Shown here: positions 45,871 through 55,405 of the stretch, one piece after another
Layout: each line of letters begins with the position of its first letter
Position numbering within the stretch: position 1 is the first letter of the stretch
NCBI GenBank assembly: GCA_964036045.1
Contig: OZ038378.1
Coordinates: forward strand, 6,076,001-6,140,000
Source: Eutreptiella sp. 'Long Island Sound 2002'
Lineage: Eukaryota; Protista; Euglenida
Length of the DNA: 64,000 nucleotides
Direction: 5' to 3'
Notes under the pieces: generated by a model
What the model was told of the DNA's origin: nothing
Databases searched by the model: none
The model's input: only the letters and a program-made list of their open reading frames with translations
Position numbers and translations under genes: made by a program

Positions 45871-48800
45871 TTTTTTTTTTTTGTCACTGAGGGTAGGTAG
45901 GTAGGTGCACTCGGTCGTGGAGAGGCGCCCCTTGGTTCCCCCTGGCGTCGCCCCTGTGACAAACAGGAAGAGGCTCCGCGCGTGAAGAGGGGAGGCGGCT
46001 TACATCCCGCTAGATCTGACTGTTGGCCCCCAACAAAGCGGCCCCGGGCAACACCGGGAGGGCTGATCGCCGCTGGCGTGACATGCTTGTCTCGCCGGGA
46101 GGGTGTGCCCCCGTGCTTGCGCACGTCCCCTCCTTTGGGCGGAACCCTAGAGGTTCACCGGACTTCTTGGCGTATCCCGTTCCCAAGGCATGCATGCACG
46201 TTCTTGGTACTTGGGTTCCGAGGCGCTTGGGTGTCGCACGCTCCGCCCCGAGTCCCAAAGCAGCACTGGCCTTAGGATGCAGCCTTACCCCCGGTCTCCG
46301 GATCTCGTTAGGCCGGGTCACCTGCATGGCTCCGGCTGCCTCAATGCCCGGGCTGTGGGCATTGGGTTTCCTACTTTTGGCTTGCGTTTGTGGTTGGGTC
46401 CGGGTTGCGGTTGGGTGTGGGTTTTGTTTACCCCTGCGTGTCGTGGCTGGGGTCTTGGGTGGGTGTGTTTGGGCTTGGTTCGTGGTGTTGTCCCTCTTTT
46501 GCCGGCTGTTTGTGGTGTTCGTGGTTGGGCCTTGGTGTCGGCCCGCTTTTGGGACGTGTGTGGTTTCGTGCGCGTTTCGCTTGCCCCCCGCCGTTTCCGG
46601 TTCCGGTGTGCGGTGTGGGCGTGCGTGCTGGGCCCGGGTCTCGGCTGTGCCCCGCCCTTCTTGGCTGGGTTGTCGGGGCGTGTTTTTTGCGCTTTTTTTT
46701 TTTTTTCCGGTTGCCCGGTGTCCCTGTCCCGGGCTTTGTGGTCTCTCCCCCCATCCCGTTTCTTTCCGGCTCGGCTGCTGGCCTTTTTTTTTTTTTTTCG
46801 TTGTGTGTCTGCTTGTTTCGGTGCCCCTTTTCCCGGCGGGCCGCTGTTCCTGGCTTGGTGTTGCCGGTTTGGCTGGGTGGTCCCCCTGTGCCTCTTCGGG
46901 GGTCCTGTCTTCGGTGCCCTCTGGGTGGGGTTTTGTGTTGTTGGCGGGCGGTTTGGTGGCTGTGGGCTGTTTGCGCGCGGCCCCCCCGTCCCCCCCCCCC
47001 CCCTTTTTTTTTTTTTTTTTTTTTTCTGGCGCTCGCTCTGTGGCTGCTGTGTGGTGTTGTTGGACCCTCGCCACTCCTGGCGGAGGTTTCTGTGTGCTAC
47101 TCCCCGCCACTCCTGGCCGGGTTTCGCTGCCGGTGTTGGTGGGCGGTCCCCGCCACTCCTGGCTGGGGTCCGCTGGCGGCGGTGGTGTGTAGTGTGTGGT
47201 GTGTTGGTGGGGTTGTGGCTGGTGTGTGGTGTGGTTGGTCCCTCGCCACTCCTGGCGGAGGTTCCTGTGTGCTACTCCCCGCCACTCCTGGCTGGGTTTC
47301 GCTGCCGGTGGTGGTGGGCGGTCCCCGCCACTCCTGGCTGGGGTCCGCGGGCGGCGGTGGTGTGGTGTGTGGTGTGTGGCGGTGGTGTGTTGGTGGGGTT
47401 GTGGCTGGTGTGTGGTGTGGTTGGTCCCTCGCCACTCCTGGCGGAGGTTCCTGTGTGCTACTCCCCGCCACTCCTGGCTGGGTTTTGCTGCCGGTGTTGG
47501 TGGGCGGTCCCCGCCACTCCTGGCTGGGGTCCGCTGGCGGCGGTGGTGTGTGGTGTGTGGTGTGTTGGTGGGGTTGTGGCTGGTGTGTGGTGTGGTTGGT
47601 CCCTCGCCACTCCTGGCGGAGGTTCCTGTGTGCTACTCCCCGCCACTTCTGGCTGGGTTTCGCTGCCGGTGGTGGTGGGCGGTCCCCGCCACTCCTGGCT
47701 GGGGTCCGCGGGCGGCGGTGGTGTGTGGTGTGCGGTGTGTGGCGGTGGTGTGTTGGTGGGGTTGTGGCTGGTGTGTGGTGTGGTTGGTCCCTCGCCACTC
47801 CTGGCGGAGGTTCCTGTGTGCTACTCCCCGCCTCTCCTGGCTTGGTTTCGCTGCCGGTGGTGGTGGGCGGTCCCCGCCACTCCTGGCTGGGGTCCGCTGG
47901 CGGCGGTGGTGTGTGGTGTGTTGTGTGTGGTGTGTGGCGGTGGTGTGTTGGTGGGGTTGTGGTTGGTGTGTGGTGTGATTGGTCCCTCGCCACTCCTGGC
48001 GGAGGTTCCTGTGTGCTACTCCCCGCCACTCCTGGCTGGGTTTCGCTGCCGGTGGTGGTGGGCGGTCCCCGCCACTCCTGGCTGGGGTCCGCGGGCGGCG
48101 GTGGTGTGCGGTGTGCGGCGTGTGGCGGTGGTGTGTTGGTGGGGTCGTGGCTGGTGTGTGGTGTGGTTGGTCCCTCGCCACTCCTGGCGGAGGTTCCTGT
48201 GTGCTACTCCCCGCCACTCCTGGCTGGGTTTCGCTGCCGCCGGTGGTGGGCGGTCCCCGCCACTCCTGGCTGGGGTCCGCTGGCGGCGGTGGTGTGTGGT
48301 GTGTGGTGTGTGGTGTGTGGCGATGGTGTGTTGGTGGGGTTGTGGTTGGTGTGTGGTGTGGTTGGTCCCTCGCCACTCCTGGCGGAGGTCCCTGTGTGCT
48401 ACTCCCCGCCACTCCTGGCTGGGTTTCGCTGCCGGTGATGGTGGGCGGTCCCCGCCACTCCTGGCTGGGGTCCGCGGGCGGCGGTGGTGTGTGGTGTGCG
48501 GCTTGTGGCGGTGGTGTGTTGGTGGGGTCGCGGCTGGTGTGTGGTGTGGTTGGTCCCTCGCCACTCCTGGCGGAGGTTCCTGTGTGCTACTCCCCGCCTC
48601 TCCTGGCTGGGTTTCGCTGCCGCCGGTGGTGGGCGGTCCCCGCCACTCCTGGCTGGGGTCCGCTGGCGGCGGTGGTGTGTGGTTTGTGGTGTGTGGTGTG
48701 TGGCGGTGGTGTGTTGGTGGGGTTGTGGTTGGTGTGTGGTGTGGTTGGTCCCTCGCCACTCCTGGCGGAGGTCCCTGTGTGCTACTCCCCGCCACTCCTG

Positions 48801-50854
48801 GCTGGGTTTCGCTGCCGGTGGTGGTGGGCGGTCTCCGCCACTCCTGGCTGGGGTCCGCTGGCGGCGGTGGTGTGTGGTGTGTGGTGTGTTGGTGGGGTTC
48901 CTCGCCACTCCTGGCGGAGGTTCCTCTGTGCTACTTCCCGCCACTCCTGGCTGGGTTTCGCTGCCGGTGGTGGTGGGCGGTCCCCGCCACTCCTGGCTGG
49001 GGTCCGCTGGCGGCGGTGGTGTGTGGTGCGTGGCGGTGGTGTGTTGGTGGGGTTGTGGCCGGGTCGGGCGGGCCGGCCTCTGGGGCGCGTTCTGGTGCGC
49101 CTCACCTTTTCCTTTGGCCGCTTTGCCTTTCTGCTTTGCTTGGCCCCCTCCGGGCTGGGGTTGCCCCCCTCTCTCTCGCTGCTGTTGCCGTTCCTCGTTG
49201 CCCTGGCGCTGTGTTTTGGTTGTTGTTTTTTTTTTTTTGGGCCTCCCGCGGCCTTGCCGTCGGCTGCTCCTTGGTGGTTGCTCCCCCGCCCCCCTCCCCT
49301 TTTGTGTCTCGCGGTTTTCGTCGCTCCTGCTTGGTGTTTTTTTTTCTTTTTTTTTTCTTCTTCTTCCTCTGTGCGCCCCCGTTGTCTCCGGCTTTCTCTG
49401 GTTTCCGGCCCCGGGTGCCCTGGGCCTCGGCGCTTGCGTTGTTTGCTTTGTTGGCCTGCCGCTTCTCGGCTCTCCGTGCGCTTGTCCCTCTTTCGTGCTT
49501 TCCGCCTGGCTGTTGGCTGCTCCCTGGTGGTTGCTGCCCCCCCCCCCCCCCTTTGTGTCTCGCGGTTTTCGTCGCTGCTGCTCGGTGCTGTGTGTCGTGT
49601 TGTGCTGTGTGTCCCTGGGTGCGGTGCTGCGCCGCGCTGCTGCGCGTTGTGTCGCCCGGTGTTGTGCTGTCGTGTGCTGTGTTGCGTTCGTTTGGTGCCG
49701 CTGCTTGTTGCGCCGTGCCCTCTGGCGCTGCCCGTCGCCCTCGGGCCCTGTGCTGTGCGGCGCTGTGTTTTGCGGTGTTCCCTTGCGCTGTGTGCTTTGT
49801 GCTGTGTGTGTTTTGTCGTGGCGCGGTGGTGTGTGCTGTTGTTCGCCGCTCTGCTTTGTGCTGTGTGTGTCTCGGGGTGCTGTGCTGTGCGTTCCCTGTG
49901 GTCTCCGCTCTGTGCGGTGCTGTGCTTCGCTGTGCTGGTGCGCTCGCGTTGTGCTGTTCGTGTGGTGCGTGCTGTTGCTGGCGCCTAGTGCTGTGGTGTG
50001 CTGCTGTGTGTTGTGCTGTTTTTCCTGTGGTGTGCCGTGGTGCAGTGTTGGGTCTGGTGGCCCGTGGTTGTCTCCTGGTGGCGTGTTTCGGTGTCGGTGT
50101 CCCTGTCTGGCCGCGTGGTCTGCTTCCCTGTGGTTGGTGTGGTTTGCTGTGGTGCCCTGCCTTCCTGTGTCGTGTTCTGTGGTGCTGTGCTGTCGCGTGG
50201 TGCTGTGCTGTTGTGCTCTGCTGTCGTGTTGCGGTGCTGTTGGGGCTTGCTTTGCCCTCCTGTGGGCTGTCGTGCTGTGCTGTGTTGTGCTGTTGGTTGG
50301 CTGTGCTGTTTTTTGCCCGGTGGTGGTGTCTGCGTGCTGTGGTGCTCTTTTCCTCGTGCTGTGCGTTCCCTGTCTTCTCCGCTTTGTGCGCTGCGGTGCC
50401 TTGTTGTGCTGGCTGTGGTGCCCTGCTTTCCTGTGTCGTGTGCTGTGGCGCTGTGCTGTCGTGTTGTGCTGTGCTGTCGTGCTCTGCTGTCGTTTTGCGG
50501 TGCTGTTTGTGTTTGCTTTGCCCTCCTGCGGCCTGTCGTGCGGCGCCAGTGTGGTCTGCGCTGTTGTTGGTGCCTCGTGCTGTGGCGTGTCCCTGTGTGT
50601 TGTGGTGTCTCCCTGGGCGTTCTGCGGTGTGGTGGTGCTGCTCTGGTGTGTCGTGGTGTCTTGCTGTGCTGTGCGTTGTCCTGTGGTGTCCTGCGCCCTG
50701 TGCCGTGTCCTGCGGTGCCGTGCTGCCTTGCGGTGCTGTGCTGGTTGGCTGTGCTGTGCGGTTTTCTGCGCTGCTGGTGTTTGTTTTTCCTCTTGTCCTC
50801 TTTTCCTTTGCTAAAAACCCCTGCCGTTTTTCCGTGCCTTTGAAAACTTCGGAG
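45871..50854 (-). mobile_element. Poly(A)-terminated non-autonomous retroelement-like insert, strongly CA-rich on its sense strand
   Basis: T12 at 45871-45882 beside (GGTA)3 = minus-strand (CCTA)3...A12 3' end; no recognisable protein domain. Confidence 0.55.
47050..49050. repeat. ~170-200-bp tandem repeat, about 11 copies, with internal CGCCACTCCTGGC subrepeats
   Basis: CCCTCGCCACTCCTGGCGGAGG recurs from about 47066 to 48900; length varies in the (GTGTG)n segment. Confidence 0.92.
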
Positions 50855-51812
50855 ACTTTTGTTTGGACGATTTCTCAAACTTACTAAGGATCTAGGAGCT
50901 GAAATCTTGCACATTGTTAATTGTTGACGAAACCTACTTGTTAAGCATTTCGGTCTCTGCTCCGGTGGGATTTTTTTAGTGCTAGATCGGAACGAAAAAA
51001 TCACACCGGAACAGAAACTAAGATGATAGATAGTTGGATCTCATCACAACTGAATGATCCTAAGAGTTTCAGCTTACAACTCTTTTTCAAGTTTGGAGAA
51101 ATCGTCGAAATCAAAAATCGGAAAATCGCCGATGCGGCAGTGGCGGCGACGGCTTCGGTTGGCAGGTTTCTGGTTTTTGATACAAAAACCACATGCATTT
51201 TTCTAAATTTAGATACAAAAATTTGTTTCGCAACGCCCATTTCTGATTTTAGCTTCATTTGGAGTTTTTCCCTCCCCTGTACATTGTTGCATGATGTGAG
51301 CATTTGTCATTTGAGAGGGATTTGGACAGAGCAGGGTGCTAACATTGCCATCCATCACGATTTAGCCCGAAAAACACCCTTAACACTAGGCCGAAGCGTT
51401 TTCGGTGGGTCCTGCGCTATTGGTCTTGAGCTCTCTACCCTACAAGGGGTGGTAATAGTTCATATATGCAACGGTTGGTAAAAGGTGATTTTAGATGTGT
51501 TTTTCATGCAGCGGTTGGTAAAAGGCTGGTGTTTTTCCATGTAAAGGTTGGTACCGACATCCTCTTCTTTTGATTACCTTAATGTTTCTTTGTATTTGTA
51601 CAACACTGGTACTATTTCTCTCTCCTCGTTTTTTCAAAACATTACACTTTTTTTTTCTACACCTTGCACTCTTGCTATTTGTGTAAAATGTTTTATCTCT
51701 TTTTTTTCTTCAAAACCTGCTCTCCTTTTTGTGCTGAAAAACCTACACTGTTTCTTTTTGTCACTCACTTTTGCATTCAAAATGCCGTTTTTTTTTACTG
51801 ACTGAAATATTG
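50855..51812. repeat. ~958-bp direct repeat, copy 2
   Basis: Nearly identical to 44912-45870. Confidence 0.95.
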
Positions 51813-51820
51813 GCCGCGAA

Positions 51821-53027
51821 ATGCAGAGGCTCTGGCGTATGGAGAAGGACAAGGATCCAACCACAGTGCCATTCTACCATGTTCGGTTGCCGGTGTACTC
51901 TTGGTTATCGGGTCCCGTGACCAGCAGTACGTATCAGTTCGACGAGCACTGTATGTGGATCGGAACAACGAGTCGCTGGGATAAGCAGGTATATCTGCTT
52001 CTTTCGATTGTTACGATGCCGTTGTGTGCGCGAGGCCTCGCGCACTGCTGCCTCCGTTATTCGTCTATATTCATCACATTTACAGTTGCCGAACTATGTG
52101 TCGTATTCCGCTGGACATTTCGAAGAGATGCAAGAGAAGAACCTCGGCGGTTTCATGCCTCTGATTCACGTGCTGTGGTACCTGGACAGATACGTTTTGT
52201 GCAGTGGGCTTCCTGATGCAGTGGTTGTTGTGGACGACACGCCTGCCATGGCCGCAAAGATTGCGATGTCTGACCTCAAAACTAAAGTGGCGTTTCTGGC
52301 TGTGTCAACGATCAAGCAAAAGGACCTAGGGAATGCCGTTGGAGGTGCTCTGCAGCATGCAATCGTGATGCGGTACATGCTGGAGGCCGATCAGACGGAG
52401 CAGGGAGCAACAGCTGCAACTTGGGATACTCAAGAAGAGTGGCTCCAGCGTGGCATTCCACTGTGGGTTTTGGACAGCAAACGAGGGCATGAAGGGCACC
52501 AGCAGGTGCATGCTGCAGAAGCCGTCCAGCAAGATGTCGTGACTGAGGCCCCCGCTGAAGACACTGAGCCTGGTGCGCCTGCACCTACCTTGCCAATGCA
52601 AGCCAAGATGAAGAAGACTGCCAAAGTTGTACCAACTCAGGGTACTGCAGCCGGAAAAGGAACACCCTCGAGTACCAAGAAGCAAGCAAAAGGGAAAGAG
52701 AAGGAATCGGACAAGCCCGCGGAATCAGACGACGACGATACTGACGAGGAGTCAGAAGAAGACGATCTGGAGCAAGTACTGGAGACCCAGCAGAAGCGCA
52801 AGCGGGCATCCGCCTCTCACTTCGATGCAAGCAGCCCCGACTCTGGTAAGGAACAGTCCAAGAAGAAAGCGAAGACTGCTGCCAGTGCTACTGCAGAGTT
52901 CAAGCCGCCCTCGCGTTCTGGTACCCTGCCGTCTCGAGGTACCGTTGCCTCTCCAAGTGGGACAAGTACAACAGCAAGAAGCCTGGGTTCCAGGTTGGCT
53001 AAGGTTGCTGGACCGAAGAAGAAGTAA
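51821..53027 (+). CDS. Spliced ORF (51821-51988 + 52086-53027, 369 aa, probably 5'-truncated), unknown function, K/acidic low-complexity tail
   Basis: CAG|GTATAT...TTTACAG intron joins WDKQ to LPNYV in frame; weak similarity to C5-methyltransferase motifs IX-X. Confidence 0.6.
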
Positions 53028-53659
53028 GTCACCATTAACCCAAGTGTTACGCCTCTTTTTGCAGTCATGAGTGCGCGAGGGCTCGCGCACTCGCCTTCGA
53101 CGCGAATGCAATTATATGCCCTTAAAGGGTTGTACATTTTTGCCAAGCTTTTATCTCAGTGTTTGTACGTTGTGCACTTCGTGTCCTGTTTTTGTTGCCC
53201 TCTGTACACAATTGTTTCCATGACCTTGAGTGCGCGAGGCCTCGCGCACTCAGGTACACAAAAAAGCAATTTATTTCGCAGGACAAACATAGGTGCAACT
53301 GGAGACCCGCAGAATGTCATATTTTGAAAATGAGCTCCCGAACAGGCACGCACCAGTTGGCTTTTGAAATACAAAAACGACAAGATTGGTAAAACACACC
53401 CCTCAAATCAGACAAAATAATAGTTTATTTTGATAAGCAAAAAGTGGAAAAAAGCAGCAAATTGGGTAAAATTGTATTTTTTCGGTGGCATCTGGGCCAT
53501 GTGTGTTGCAAATGTCCAAAAAAAATAGTTATTTGGGCGGTCATTTTTTAGGTCCTTCTCTTCCAAAAGGGGGTGCAGTTTGCGTGGGCTAAGTTTTTGT
53601 CACTGACTTCTATGTTGAAAATCCTGTTTTTTTTATATTGTTTTTCTTCTCTGATGTGG

Positions 53660-55405
53660 TCAGAGTTCCTGCTTTTTTATGAACCACCATTGCCGTGCGC
53701 AACTCGCGTGAATTAGGAAAAATGCCCACAAAAAAAAAGTGCTCTCTTTTGGCAAGTCTGTCCAACCGGATCTCAGCCCTCCTCTTTGCTGCTCTTTGTA
53801 CAGGTGGTGTGCCTGGGACTCACAGGACGTCAATGTTGTCCTCCACCTCTGCCCCAGAGGCTTCATCTGCCTCTGCCTGTGCCTCTGGGGCTTCCTCTGA
53901 ATCTGAAACATGACCAGGAACAACAGACAGCAAAGGTGCAGGCATGGGGATGGTTGCTCAAGGGCAGGGAGGTCCACATCATCTACAGATTCTGTCACTG
54001 GCACCTCTGTAAACACCATGTTCCAGCTGCTGAGGATGTGTGTGGTTGTCAAAGGGGATGCAGCCCATTCAGCAAGCCAAGTTACAAGGAGCGCCTTCAT
54101 CGTACGCTCGCTGCTATCCAGCTTGGAGTGCTTTGGCACCAGTCCATCGTGGATCTTCAGGCAATGGTCAATGTGGCGACGCTTCAGTCTGTCGCGCAAC
54201 CATGCTCTCATGCCTGGATTGATGACCTGATCGCCAACATTGCTGACATGGGTGCGACGAGCGCGGCCAAAGAAAACATACATATGTGGCCGCGCCACAA
54301 AATAGTATAAGTTCGCCAGCCTTATTTCAGCGTCGTCGACGCGCTTCAACTCGTCATCGTCGAGATGGCTTCCAACCCAGTCCATGATGACGACACATGG
54401 GTAATTCTGCGCCACGCCATGGTCGCGTCTGTCCTTCGCAACTTCAGTGTCGACCTTGATCATCAGGCGTTTGAACGTGTCGCCAGTCTGACACTTCTTC
54501 TCCGCGTGGTCTTCGTGCATGTAGTATGGCAGGCCCTGAGGCAGGTCGAGACGCGCATGGCAGCGCCCTGTCTTTCCTACGTGCAACACTTGTAGTACCT
54601 TTACGGTGCCTTCACGGTTGACCACAGGCGTGGCCGTGGCCTGTCGCTTGTCAGCGCTGCTGTAGTGTCTGACCTGTTTGTCTCCGGCTGCATACCCTCC
54701 GCGCAACTTGGGCGCGTACTGGAGGGGCGTCTCGTCCAGGCCCAACTGCGCCCACGGCGGCAGCGACTGGGGTTCACCTTCAGGGATACGCACACCATAC
54801 TTTTGAGGCTGCTCAACGAGGTCCAAGAATTCACGTCTCCATTTGTTGTCGAGCGCTAAGTCAGACACTGTAGAAGGCAGCCGCTCAGTCGTGATCTTCT
54901 TGAGACAACCCATCTTGTGCCTGCGACGAAAGTTTGCAGCCCATTGGCGGTCCAAAACAGGAGCAAGACCAGGCCCACGAGACCTCTCAGCGATTGTTCT
55001 TCCAAGTGCCGCAATGGTGTCCAGGTCAATCACGGAAGCCTCATACTTCAACTCTTTGATGAACTTCAGAATGGTCTCCTCCTCTGTGCGGCTGAGAACT
55101 GAGTTGGTGCCGTACCCTTCCAGTGGCTCACCCTCCTGCACCTTGCCAGCCCAGGTGCGAAGCGTGTTAAGGGGCGGCGCTTGACACCCGTAACGCAGCA
55201 CAACGTGGTTGTAGTTGCCTTCCAGGAACAGTTGCACACAAAGGGACTTTTGCGACGGCGTCCACTCTAGCCAAGTCCTCGGCGCTGAGCTCTTGTATTG
55301 ACGGGCCTTAGAACTGGTGGAGACCTTCTTGCTCTGAGACTGCGACACCACTGCAGCCAGAGCGTCGTTCATGCACTGGCCTCCCTTTGTGAGGAAGCGC
55401 TGCAT
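53660..55405 (-). CDS. pogo/Tigger-type (DDE_1, CENP-B-like) transposase
   Basis: N-terminal HTHs (LNTLRTW; RQWAANFRRRH), LDETPL, KRQAT, IMDWVGSH, NVGDQVIN; acidic tail SDSEEAPEAQAEADE in the adjacent frame, implying a frameshift near 53945. Confidence 0.85.
   Translation of the reverse strand: MQRFLTKGGQCMNDALAAVVSQSQSKKVSTSSKARQYKSSAPRTWLEWTPSQKSLCVQLFLEGNYNHVVLRYGCQAPPLNTLRTWAGKVQEGEPLEGYGTNSVLSRTEEETILKFIKELKYEASVIDLDTIAALGRTIAERSRGPGLAPVLDRQWAANFRRRHKMGCLKKITTERLPSTVSDLALDNKWRREFLDLVEQPQKYGVRIPEGEPQSLPPWAQLGLDETPLQYAPKLRGGYAAGDKQVRHYSSADKRQATATPVVNREGTVKVLQVLHVGKTGRCHARLDLPQGLPYYMHEDHAEKKCQTGDTFKRLMIKVDTEVAKDRRDHGVAQNYPCVVIMDWVGSHLDDDELKRVDDAEIRLANLYYFVARPHMYVFFGRARRTHVSNVGDQVINPGMRAWLRDRLKRRHIDHCLKIHDGLVPKHSKLDSSERTMKALLVTWLAEWAASPLTTTHILSSWNMVFTEVPVTESVDDVDLPALEQPSPCLHLCCLLFLVMFQIQRKPQRHRQRQMKPLGQRWRTTLTSCESQAHHLYKEQQRGGLRSGWTDLPKESTFFLWAFFLIHASCARQWWFIKKQEL

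Noticed and set aside
47050-49050. CRISPR-like look of the repeated CGCCACTCCTGGC
   Set aside because: The intervening sequences are themselves repeated rather than unique spacers; no cas genes; eukaryotic context.
46190-50887. 1565-aa and other very long ORFs
   Set aside because: The strand lacks A, so stop codons cannot form; the translations are C/V/G/W low complexity, open in several frames, with no domain.
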